A program made the translations under genes and the position numbers. From Octopus sinensis (taxonomy: Eukaryota), in NCBI RefSeq assembly GCF_006345805.1, contig NC_043011.1, positions 39,072,464-39,136,463 of the forward strand: DNA of 64,000 nucleotides, written 5' to 3'. Under the pieces are notes generated by a model. The model was not told where the DNA came from and did no database searches. It worked only from the letters and a program-made list of their open reading frames with translations. This document shows positions 13,212-25,520 of this stretch, in pieces; the stretch's first letter is position 1, and each line of letters begins with the position of its first letter.

Positions 13212-14245
13212 ATGTTTATTGAAATGGATAAATGAATTAGTGTTACGGATTATTCAGAATTTAACCGATACCTGGGTAGCAAAAATCACAACAGAAAAAA
13301 CACGGTTGAGGTTACGACCATGGGGTGTATATATATGAGGTAAGCAGAGTTAGCAGTTATAGTAACCGACTAAGGAATAAAATATCCGTATATACTATCG
13401 GTATCCGTTACCTGCTTTATCTGTGGGCATGGGTATGCAGGCACACAATGCTCGTAGGGTACAGGTAACAACAGAATAAACAAAAGTTTATCAGGGATCA
13501 AATATAAATAATCAGAAAATGGAGAAAAACTCAGAAAACCTCAGATCAACAAACAACACGATTGGACTACATCTAAAGCTTATTTAATACAAAACATGAC
13601 ATGGAAGCACTCTGTCGGTTACGACGAGGAGAGTTCCGGTTGATCCGAATCAACGGAACAGCCTGCTCGTGAAATTAACGTGTAAGTGGCTGAGCACTCC
13701 ACAGACACATGTACCCTTAACGTAGTTCTCGGGGACATTCAGCGTGACACAGAGAGTGACAAGGCCGGCCCTTTGAAATACAGGTACAACAGAAACAGGA
13801 AGTAAGAGTGAGAGAAAGTTGTGGTGAAAGAGTACAGCAGGGATCACCACCATCCCCTGCCGGAGCCTTGTGGAGCTTTAGGTGTTTTCGCTCAATAAAC
13901 ACTCACAACGCCCGGTCTGGGAATCGAAACCGCGATCCTATGACCGCGAGTCCGCTGCCCTAACCACTGGGCCATTGCGCCTCCTCGCAAAACATGACAT
14001 ACCGTACATGGGACATAGCAATTCTGAGGCCATTCAGTGCAGAGGTATTACAGAGAATACTACCTGTTGTCTGCAATGAGATAAGTGGTATTCTCTGTAA
14101 TATTTCTGCACTAATTGGCATTGGAAGCGGAAACAGCCGTAAGAACTGTTATGTCATATTTTGTATTAAATAAGCTTTAGATGTAGTCAGATTGTGTTGT
14201 TGGTTGATCTGAGGTTTTCTCCATTTTCTGATTATTTATATATTT
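13212..14245 (+). mobile_element. Penelope-like composite with inverted tail copy and decayed hammerhead, interrupted by a SINE
   Basis: Starts after (TA)n with sequence homologous to the minus strand of about 29850-29928. The segment 13500-13602 is the reverse complement of 14150-14245. An inner 24-bp hairpin lies at about 14037-14111, and GAAA C AGCC GUA AGAAC at 14130-14146. Confidence 0.55.
13603..13987 (-). mobile_element. Full-length SINE S2 with 13-bp TSD
   Basis: Near-identical to 8110-8480. TSD CAAAACATGACAT at 13590-13602 and 13988-14000. Confidence 0.9.
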
Positions 14246-14766
14246 ATATTTATTTCTTTGCAACGATCTCGAACCCACAAGAGTAAACGAGAGAGATAGA
14301 AACAGGCAGAAACAAGGAAAATACCACTTGTATTTGAACACTATGCAAATATTCTTTTGAAAAACTTTTCTTTCAATTTTCCCAAAATTTAATTTGTTTT
14401 TGCATACTTACAGTTGAAAAAGTCTCAATGACTGAAACCAGTACTAAAATGTTTTTTATAAAATTATTTTAGCATTTTCAAAATAATTGAAAAAGGAAAA
14501 TGAAGACCTAAAACTAGAGTTAGCAATAATATCGAAGAAGCTAGTCAAAGGTTTTTTCAGAACTGTGCAGAATGGCACAGGACAGACATGGGTGGAGGGC
14601 TGCAGCAGTTCAATTATTTGTATGTGTGTAAATGTATGTGTATACATTATATGATATACACATACATGGATATACATATATTTGTATGTGTATATATGTA
14701 ACTTTTACATGTGTGCATATATTATGTGTGTATCTCTCTTTCTGTGTGTGTGTGTGTGCGCGCATG

Positions 14767-14803
<37 letters not shown>

Positions 14804-15234
14804 GTATATAGTGTTAGAGAGAGTAAGAGAGGAAGTTGTAGCACTTGGAAGTTAATTGCAGGATCTACCTATTGAAATCTGGAAATAATAGCTGAGTTTA
14901 GAAACAGAAACACCTGTGGTGAATAATAAAAAGGTTGACTACAAACAAATACACACACACACACAAAATCACAAAATATCAATAAATGAATAACATTAAA
15001 GAAAGCAACCTATAAACACACAATGTATAATCGTTTTTTTTTTTTTAGATAGACTTGTTCTATTTTATAGAGATAGTTTGTGTGATACTCGGAACTCATC
15101 ACAGACTTGGCTTTCATAGGTCTAGGCATGGCTGCATGGCTTAGGAGCTCACTTTCTAGCCACATGGTTTTCGGTCTAGATCCTTCATGTAGCAGTTTGG
15201 GAAAGTGAATGTTAATGAGATTAATCCCTGCTAT

Positions 15235-15624
15235 GTGGAGGCGCAATGGCCCAGTGGTTAGGGCAGCGGACTCGCGTCATAGGATCGCGGTTTCGATTCC
15301 CGACCGGGCGTTGTGAGTGTTTATTGAGCGAAAACACCTAAAAGCTCCAGACGCTCCGGCAGGGATGGTGGTGATCCCTGCTGTACTCTTCATCCACCAC
15401 AACTTTCTCTCACTCTACTTCTGTTTCTGTTGTACCTGTATTTCAAGGGGCCGGCCTTGTCACTCTCTGTGTCACGCTGAATATCCCCGAGAACTACGTT
15501 AAGGGTGCACGTGTCTGTGGAGTGCTCAGCCACTTACACTTAATTTCACGAGCAGGCTGTTCCGTTGATTCGGATCAACTGGAACCCTCATCGTCGTAAC
15601 CGACGGAGTGCTTTCACTTCCTAA
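15235..15624 (+). mobile_element. Full-length SINE S2 with 12-bp TSD
   Basis: Same family on the plus strand. TSD AATCCCTGCTAT at 15223-15234 and 15625-15636. Confidence 0.9.
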
Positions 15625-15630
15625 AATCCC

Positions 15631-15720
15631 TGCTATCTCCAGCACCGAGACCACTAGATCATGTGATTTCGACTTTCCTGTGTCTCATCAGTAATGGACT
15701 TTCGGCCGCTAGAGATAGCA
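15631..15720 (-). ncRNA. Extended type I hammerhead ribozyme, apparently intact
   Basis: Minus-strand RNA reads UGCUAUCUCUAGC G GCCGA AAGU CCAUUA CUGAUGA GAC ACAGGAAA GUC GAAA UCACAUGA UC UAGUGG UC UCGGU GCUGGAGAUAGCA. Core CUGAUGA (15691-15685) and GAAA (15670-15667) are intact. Stem II is GAC/GUC with an 8-nt loop; stem III is AUC/GAU with an ACAU loop. The AUC cleavage triplet has C17 at 15657. Stem I is 6+5+13 bp with an internal loop. Confidence 0.9.
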
Positions 15721-16204
15721 GCAGTTCATCTCCTTTTCAGTGATATATAGAAAACCATGTCTAAAAGGGGTCTTTATCCTTTTTTTACACTTCTAGTTAT
15801 GGGATTTTGTGCCTGAAATATATAAAAGTTACTCAACTTCCCTTTTCATGTGGTTAGAAGCTCTCCTTAGTTTTCGTTATTTTACTTGAAGGCATGAGGT
15901 TCCAGTTTTGATGGTCTTGCGATGTATGTTGTGCTCGTCTGTTTTTACAATCTAACCCATGCCAACATGGAAAGCGGACGTTAAACGATGATGAGTTGAT
16001 GCTACTTTTCTGAACGAGAGCAATTAGGTCGAAAGGATGCATGAAATAAAGGGTACAGCCTTGCATTGCACTGAATAAAGCCTCCCTCTAATTCAATGTG
16101 CCAGCCTGCTTGCGTCCTATATCTCTGATTGGTTTCATTGTAGAATCCTGTTAAGAACACAAAATGACTGTGACGTTACTGAGTCATTATTTATGCAACA
16201 ATTT

Positions 16205-16490
16205 GAGTAGGTGAAGCTGAAATACTCAGCATTGATTGGATAATTGAAATTACTCATTGTTGACTGGATGACTGAAACTCCTGTTGGTCGGCCATCTGAG
16301 ACATTCATTGCTGATTGGACAACGGAGACTCTGGTTGTTTGGATAACTTAGATACTCATCTATGATTTGATAACTAGAATACTGATGACTTGAGTACTCA
16401 GCATTCATTAGATGACCGAAAGACTCAATTTTGATTGGATATTGGATAACTGGAATATCGAACACTCAGCTTTGATTGAATAACTGGAAT
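16205..16490. repeat. Degenerate short-period minisatellite
   Basis: Recurring TACTCAGCATTGATTGGATAACTGRAAT-like units, continuing near 16915-16950 beyond a SINE insertion. Confidence 0.65.
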
Positions 16491-16902
16491 TACTCTTTTA
16501 CTCTTTTACTTGTTTCAGTCAGTTGACTGCGGCCATGCTGGAGCATTGCCTTTAGTCGAGCAAATCGACCCCAGGACTTATTCTTTGTAAGCCTAGTACT
16601 TATTCTATCGGTATATTTTGCCGAACCGCTAAGTTACGGGGACATAAACACACCAGCATCAATTGTCAAGCGATGTTGGGGGGACAAACACAGACACACA
16701 AACATACACACAGACACACACAAACATATATACATATACATATATACGATGGGCTTCTTTCAGTTTCCGTCTACCAAATCCACTCACAAGGCTTTGGTCG
16801 GCCCGAGGCTTTAGTAGAAGACACTTGACCAAGGTGCCACGCAGTGGGACTGAACCCGGAACCATGTCGTTGGTAAGCAAGCTACTTACAACACAGCCAC
16901 TC
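16490..16902 (-). mobile_element. SINE S1, near full length
   Basis: Reverse complement of the S1 consensus seen elsewhere in the window. Confidence 0.85.
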
Positions 16903-17717
16903 TTTTTTTTGGGGGGGCTAACTGAACTACTCATTGATTGGCTAACTGCAGTATAAATTATTGAAGCTGATGGAGACTCGTTTTTACTAAATTTGTGTAT
17001 ATTAACGAGCTCAGTGTCGACGGTTGATTTCTCCCAGCGCGAATAGGATTTCAGTTAAGTGATTTCACTCGTGAATGTGTCAGCTTGTATGTGTATGTAT
17101 ATGTGTGTGTTTATATGTACAGGTGTGTGTGTGTATTCTTTTTGATGGTAGAACTCAAATTAGCTGAAGCTATAAATAATGGTATGAAGAAAATTGAGTT
17201 AGAAAACCCTTTGGATGGAAAACATTCATATATATTATGCATTTATTTGCATCTATCTATCTATCAATATAGATGTGTGTGTGTGTCTGTATATATATAT
17301 ATATATAAAAACATATGTTCATACATGTATGTATATGTATATATGTTTATACACACACACACACACACACAAATGTACTTATATGTAGGTGTGTGTGCAC
17401 ACGTATATAAATAAACATGACAAATTGGTTAAAATAGCTTCTGTTGGTTCTTCTACCACCAACCAACCAACAAACCAACCAACCAACCATCCCTCCATCC
17501 ATCTATCCACCCACCCACCCACCCACTCACCATAGTTGGTGGTCAAGTCTGCAGTTCCGCTATGTTGCATTTCAGTTCTTCAGCCACCGAGCTTCACTGA
17601 CGAACTGAAAAACTGTACACGTGCCTGTGTGTGTGTGCGTGCGTGCGTGTGTATCTGTATTTAAGCACATACTTGCCTCTGTCTATTTATGTGTGAGTGC
17701 TGAGTTTCCGCGCGTGC

Positions 17718-17757
<40 letters not shown>

Positions 17758-18559
17758 TTGATTTTATGTATTCGCACGTGTGGCTGTATGCGTATGCGTG
17801 TGTGTGTGTATGTAAGTGATAAGTGATACAACCTAATAAATCTATATCATAGATCTGCTAAGTGAAGCTGACTGGCACAGGAGCGTTGGCGGAGATGATG
17901 GCATTGGTCATAGGGATACTACTACTACTACTAGTAGTAGTATTAGTAGGGATAGTAAAAAAAAAAAAGCAACAAAACGAAACATCAAAATATAAAAAAT
18001 AAAACAAAAAAAAAACAAAGCTTATATCAATTCCATTAGTACCTAAGGCTATTTTTTTTTATTATCCCAGCCTTTCATTTCTGTAGACTTACTCTGTTTT
18101 TATTATATTATTATTATTATTATTATTTATTTTCATTTTGTTATTGCACAGCGTGATGTCATCTGCTTGGAGGAAACTAGTAATGGTGGCATTAGCTGAT
18201 GATGATGATAGTCATGATGATGGTTGTTGTTTTGATGGTGATGTTGATGGTGGTGGTGGTGGTGGTGATGCTTGTGTGAGTCTGTGACATTGGTTGGTAT
18301 AAAGGCAGCGAGAGGAGAGAACCAATAACAGGAATTACAATGGAAAGTCTTTGGGAAATTGAGAGCCAATGTGGAAGCGTGGAGATGTGTGTGTGTGTGT
18401 GTGTGCGCATGCAGGTGTATCTGTATGTGTGTATGCATATATATATATAGATGTGTACGTGAATGTACACTTTCACATGTATATACATTAAGAGATACAT
18501 ACACACATACACAGATGCACACACTCATAGGATATGTGTAGGTCTCCATGCATCAGTGC

Positions 18560-19005
<446 letters not shown>

Positions 19006-19708
19006 AAAAGCACCTACAGCTTCAGGTATAATCATCACACAATCTTGTGAAGCATCTGTCTCTCTCTGCCTATCTCTTTCTGTCTATCTCTCTATCTACT
19101 GTGTATCCCTGTCGTGTGTGTGTGTGTGTCTGATACTTACCTGCACGTCTTTCTATTCTCTCTGACACACTTACGCATGCTCACTCATGCACAGACACAC
19201 GCCTACACACACAGTACTTCCTATGCTGCCTCCTCCATAGAGATCCTACAAGATACTACATAAACCTCCAATGCCTACACAAGATGAAATTCATGTGATA
19301 TCTGGTCGTACCCACCTCATGCCATGAAAGTGACACCACATGACCATCATAACTCTTAACCTATTAGTATTTAAATTACTTTCTCAAATATAATGCTTAT
19401 TTACTCTGGTTGTTTTGAATTAATCCTGCATTGTCTCATAGATTCAAGATTATTCGTATGCGTAGGTTATCTTATTGTTTGTGGTAAGAAGCTTGCTTTC
19501 CAACCAAATGGTTCTGGGATCAGTCGCACTGCATGTAGGATAGCAGAAGGCACCTGCCCAAGTCTCGGGCCAACCAAAGCCTTGTGAGTGGATTTGGTGT
19601 GTGGAAACTGAAAGAAGCCTGTTGTGTATATATAAAAGATCATGGTTGTATTCATAATTCTACTAAAGCCATGTGAGTGGATTTGGTAAGCAGAAACTGA
19701 AAGAAGCT

Positions 19709-19751
<43 letters not shown>

Positions 19752-20714
19752 GTATATATGTTTGTTTGTGTGTCACTTGACAATCTAGCAGTTCAGCAGA
19801 AAGACACTGATATAACAAGTACTAGGGTTACAAAGAATAAGTCCTGGGGTCGATTTGTTTGACTAAAGGCAGTGCTCCAGCATGGCCACAGTCAAACGAC
19901 TGAAACAAATAAAAGAATATGAGATGAGTTCTTCATTGTACCTCAGTTCCTTGTGTAGATGTGTAGCACATAAGAGCTACCAAAAAAAAGTGTTATAGTA
20001 AAAAGCAAAATGGCGAGTAAAAAAAACGATGTGCCTTTTGACAAGTCACCCGAGGCGACATATCGGTTCCTAAGATGCACCACAAGTGTTTGTTCAGCAT
20101 CTTACCTGCAAGGTACTGGTGCACATTAGGTCTCATAAATTCAAACAAGTCTCATGAATTCCATTTTCTTTCTATCACATATATATACATATATTTATAT
20201 ATCTCATCATCATCATCATCATCATCATTTAACTTCCGCTTTCCATGCTAGCATGGGTTGGACGATTTGACTGATCTGGCAGAGTTTCTACAGCTGGATG
20301 CCCTTCCTAACGCCAACCACTCCGAGAGTGTAGTGGGTGCTTTTACGTGCCACCTGCACGAAGGCCAGTTTGGTGGTACTGGCAACAGCCACACCCAAAT
20401 GGTGCTTTTTACGTGCCACCTACACAGGAGCCAGTTCAGCGGCACTGGCAACTACATCGCTCAAATGTTTCACATGCCACCAGCACAAGTGCTAGTAAGG
20501 TGACGCGGTAATGATCGTGCTCAAATGGTGTGCTTAACGTGCTACAGGCGCGAAGGCCAGCCTGTTGCTCTGGCAACGATCTCACTCGTATGGTACTCTT
20601 AGTGCTCCACTAGCAACGGATGCCAGTCACCGAGTTTGATTTCGACTTTGATTTCACTTGCCTCAACTATTCTTCATATATTTTCAGTCTCTTTCTTCTG
20701 GCTATTTCATCATG

Positions 20715-20930
20715 CCGACCCATTAATCCCTACACATTTCTTTTTCTCTCTCTGTTTTTTTTTTCATTCTCTCCCTTTTTATTTTCCTCTTAATTCATCC
20801 TGTCGAAGAGCATAGGCTCGAAATGTAAAAAAACTTTTCCATTCTTCCTGAGCATTAAGCTAATACACCTGCTTGTTTTTCATACACTTACACTTGTCTT
20901 TATCTTTTGTTTTCTGTAAATTTGAAATAT
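20715..20930 (+). mobile_element. Penelope-like fragment family B (diverged)
   Basis: CUGUCGA A GAGC AUAG GCUC GAAA UGUA at 20800-20828; the downstream tail resembles the other family B copies. Confidence 0.5.
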
Positions 20931-23900
20931 GTACATACATGTGTATGTATATATATATATATGTATGTATGTATGTATCATCATTATCATCATCATTTTA
21001 ATGTTCACTTTCCCGTGATGCTTGCATGGGTTGGATTGAGATTTTATTAAGGCAGATTTTTATGTGGCTGGATGCCTTTCCAGTTGCCAACCTTCACATG
21101 TCTCCAAGAAAAGTAATATTTCCCCATGTCTAATGACACCGTTTATATGACAGTGACATCCATGACTATGGTGCGATGTCATGACAAGGAGACACACAGA
21201 TCCGCTTTCTTTCAGTTTTCACTCACAAGGCTTTGGTCAGCCTGGGGCTATAACAAACACTTACCCAGAGTGCCGTACAGTAAACCATGCAGAGGGGAAG
21301 CAATTTGTTTAACCACACAGCCATGCTCCATGCATCACTGTCTGTCTGTCTGCCTATCTCTGTCTTTCTCTCTCCCTGTATAGATAGTAAAAAAATAAAA
21401 GTATATAAATGTGTGTGTGTATTTGAGCTTGTATATCAGCTCCAGAATAGGTAAACCATGTCACTTTGTGTTCAAAGAGGCAACTAAATGGTTGACAGCA
21501 GGAAGAGCATCCAGCTGTAAAATGCTGCCACAAAACACCTGTCCAACCCATGCCCACATGGAAAAGTAGATAAGTTGTGATGACACTAAAGAAAATAGTG
21601 ATAGTGCTGGTGATGGTAGGAGTAGCGGTGGTGGCAGTGATGGTTCAAAAAATGGTTTGGTTTATTGTCTGTTTTTGGTGGTTTTCGCTCAATTTTATTT
21701 GCTTCATCAATTACACCCAAAGTTAGTCTTTTATCAGACATCCTGATAATGACTTCCTACACACTTCCAGAAAGAACAAGTTCATGTTAAGGAAAAATAA
21801 ATTTAATTAACTGGATCAGTCATTAACTCAATTAGCAAAGACAAGAAAATGGCACCAACTCCACGCATGACAAAATCCTATCTTTTTTTAAATTTTTTAA
21901 AATATTTGTTTTACTACAACAAAGATTGATTTATTGGAAGAATTTGTTTGTATGCTGTGGCACTCTAGGTATAGGAGTGGCTGTGTGGTAACAAGTTTGC
22001 TTCTCAATTGCATGGTCTCAAGTTCAGTCCCACTGAGTGACACCTTAGGCAAGTGTCTTCTACTGAAGCCTTAGGTCAATCAAAGCCTTGCGGATGGCTT
22101 TGGTAATTGGAAACTGAAAGCAGTCCATTGTGTGTGTGTGTGTGTATATATACACACACACACTCTCTCTCTCTCACACACACATATAACTATTTGGACT
22201 TTGGGTGTATGTCTATTAGTATGTCGATTATAGCACATTCACTGTTTGGGCTGCCTGGGTCAAAACAGTTGTTCTGCTGGATAAGGATTCATACTAAATC
22301 CATCTTCCATTTCCCTCATCATCATCATTTAACGTCCGTTGTCCTTGCTGGTTCTGGCTGGACAGCTTGCCTGGGCTTGCATGCTGGAAGGCTGCACCAG
22401 ACTCCAATCTTATTTGACATGGTTGTCTGTGGCTGCATGCCTTCATAATGCCAACCACTTTGAGGGTGTAATGGGTGTTTCTACATGCCACCAGCACGGG
22501 TGCAATTTGTGTGACACCGGGATGCATTTACGTTCCACTGGCACGGGTGCCAAATCTGTCACAAATGCGATTTTGCTCAGCTTGATGGGCCTTCTTCTTT
22601 AGCATGACATAATTACCAAAGGTCTTGGTTATTGCCTCCTTGAGGCCCAACACTCGAAAGGAACTCGGCCACTTTGCCTCCATGAAACCCAGTGTTCAAA
22701 AGATGTTCTTTACATGTCACCAGCATGGTTGCACTTGGCTTGTGCTCAAGCACAGCACATCGCCACACACACACACACGTGTATGTGTGTATAAGAAGTC
22801 TGTGTGTATTTATGTGTATGAATGTATACATATATGTATATGTGTGTGTTTGTCCCCCATCACTACTTAATAACAATGTTGGTTTGCTTACATTTTTGTT
22901 CTTTGCTTTTTGGCAAAAAAGACTTATAGAATAAGTTACTAAACTTTTAAAAAAAGAAGGTCCTGGGCTCAACATGTTTGACTCGACCCCATTAAGGCTG
23001 AGCCCCAGTATTGTCACAGTCCAATGAGTGAAACAAATAAAGTTGAAAGAAAAAAAAGGAAGCTCAGAAGATTCCGGAATCTGAACTTTGATAGTCATTA
23101 ATTCATTTGAAATGGCAAAAAGAATAACTTAGAAACATTTGACCGTTCTTGACATCTGTCGTTTGTAAACATGAAGCGCCGACTACTGTCAGTTTAATTC
23201 ATCGCGAAACCGGAAAACTTCTGTAATCATTCCATATCAAATCAAATCGAATAAATGTTGATTTTTTTGTGCTGTATTTTGCTCTTCTTTTAATTTTTGG
23301 TTTACATTGGTTTTGTTTTTGCTTTATTCTTGGAATCGGTAAAATAGAAAAAAAATACCAAAAAAAAAAAAAACTTATGGAATTAACCGAAATTGACTTT
23401 ATTTTGCATAAGTAATTATCCGATCGATTTTTATACATAGACTTCATGTTAAACGGTTTGTGCTGTTTTGGTAGAAAGTTCTCCAAGATGCAGACATCAT
23501 GGCTGTGTGGTTTAAGATGTTTACATTGCAACTATGTGATTTTGGGTTCAGTCCACAGTATGGCTCCTTGGACAAGTGTCACATTATTGTAACCCCTGGC
23601 CACTGAAAAGTCTACTCCAATGAAATCCATCTGAGCCATACACGCAAAGGCATGGTAAAAGATGCTTCAGTGAATTGAAGTTGTGTCTATGTGATTGCAA
23701 AGTAAAACTTCTGTCATGTTGTTTAACCCCGAGTCTGCCCCGAGCAGGCTGATCTCTGATTGGAAGTGTGCCATTTGTGACTTCTCTGACTTTTATTGGT
23801 TTCATATGTATGACCTTGAAGACCATATTTACTTCGTCATGTCATTTGTTTTTTTTTCTAAAAATAGTAGAGTGTGATTTGAGAAGGCAAATGGCTGCTA

Positions 23901-25016
23901 TGCCTAGCAGATCTAATGTTCACACATGTGGAGGTAAAGGTGGTCATTTTCTGGGAAGAAGTTGCTAGATGATAGGTGGACTGGTAGAGTACATTTGAGA
24001 AGGGAATTTAACTGTTATTTCTAGCAGGCCTCATGATTGTACAGACCAGGCACAGGCAACTTTTTACAGGAAGCGGGCTGCACCACAAAACAAAGCTGAA
24101 GGTGATTTTGCATTGGGTGCATCATTGAGAAAGTCATATGGGCTGCATGGTGCTCGTGAGTGCTTTAGAGTGACACTGATCAGTTTTCGGGTGGGGTTTG
24201 GTGTAAGATGCAAGAAGAATGCACAGCTGTGTGTGTGTGTGTGTGTGTGTATGCTTGTATATTTACAACAGGCAAGAAGGAAGATATGCAAAAAGGATTG
24301 CATTTGAGGAAGGAAAGAGGAGAAAGGCTTGTGAGGGAGGAGGAAGTGAGGGATGGTTTGTGTGAACTGCAATTAAGGTGAGAGATCTGAGTTTTGCTGT
24401 TAGTGGTGATGATTATGGTGGTGGCTGTGGTGATGGTGGTGGTTGTAGTGATGATTATAGTGGTTGCAGTGGTGGTGATGGTTATGGTGGTTGCGGTGGT
24501 GGTGGCTGTTGCAGTGATGATTATGGTGGTTGCGTTGGTGGTGGTGATGGTTATAGTGGCAATGGTTATGGTGATGGTTGCAGTGATGGCGATGATGGTT
24601 ATGGCATTGGTGGTGGTGATGATTATGCTGGGTTGCAGTGAAATATCTAGTTACAGTGGTGATGGTGGTGGTTGTGGCGACTGGTTATGTCTTGGTGATG
24701 CTCATGGTTGTAGTGGTAGTGATACAGTTATATTTCAGTGGTGGTTGGGGTTGTAGTTGTAGGGTTGATTCTGTTATATTTTAGTGGTGGTCATCATTGT
24801 ACCTAATTCTCATAGTGATTACAGGATTATATATTAGTTATCATCATCATTGTTGTTGTGGTGCTGGTGATCGTGGTAGTTGTATTTTTGGTGGTGGTGG
24901 TGGTGGTGGTGGTGGTGGTGGTGGTGGTGGTGGTGGTGGTGGTGGTGGTGGTGACAGAGCCATCTTAAGGCATCGGCACACTGGGCACTTGCTCGGGAGC
25001 CATGCATGCCTAAGAA

Positions 25017-25520
25017 CCCAACACAAATCAATGCTGTTATTATTGAGGCCCAGGGTGCTACTTTGACCTGGGGCCAATAGTGCTGTTGAGGTGGCCCAAA
25101 GTAGTATCAGTTCTTTGATCATATTTATGTGGTGGTCTTGCTTGGAGTGGTTCTTGTGGTTATATATTATATGCTCAGGAGCCCAACACAAATCTATGCT
25201 GTTGTCATGTTTATCAGGGTCCCAAGGTGTTGTTTTGCCCAGAGGCCAATAGTGCTGTTGAGGTGGCCCAATGCGGTGGTAGTGCATTGGTCATATTTTT
25301 GAGGTGGTCATGCTTGGAGTGGTGCTTGTAGTTATATATTATATATGCAGGAGCCCAACACAAATCTATGCTATTGTCATGTTTATAGGGGTCCCAGGGT
25401 GTTGCTTTGCCCAGAGGCCAATAGTGCTGTTGAGGTGGCCCAATATAGTGGTTGTGCTTTGGTCATATTTTTGAGGTGGTCATGCTTGGAGTGGTGCTTG
25501 TGGTTACATATATTGTATGT
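25017..25520. repeat. Tandem repeat, about 3 x 165-172 bp
   Basis: CCCAACACAAAT recurs at 25017, 25182 and 25354 with colinear units. Confidence 0.9.

Noticed and set aside
15235-15310. tRNA-like sequences with A and B boxes
   Set aside because: These are SINE heads; no complete cloverleaf with acceptor stem, so no tRNA gene is called.
16381-16430. CTGATGA...GAAAGACTC hammerhead-like spacing (similar cases at 33727, 45446, 47548, 54659 and 55985)
   Set aside because: Stems I, II and III do not pair, or the motif lies within a minisatellite or LINE ORF remnant.
17570-17610. Hairpin TTTCAGTTC..GAACTGAAA with CTGANGA-ACT-GAAA on both strands
   Set aside because: No stem II can form between the core halves, and the stem is too short for a pre-miRNA.
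19133-19143. ATACTTACCTG, identical to the U1 snRNA 5' end and to a perfect minus-strand donor
   Set aside because: Similarity to U1 stops after 11 nt, and no acceptor or coding exon supports the donor.
24378-24756. Glycine-rich ORF (GGGCGDGGGCSDDY...)
   Set aside because: It is a decayed (GGT)n/(GAT)n tract that is open in overlapping frames, with no clear splice or start context.
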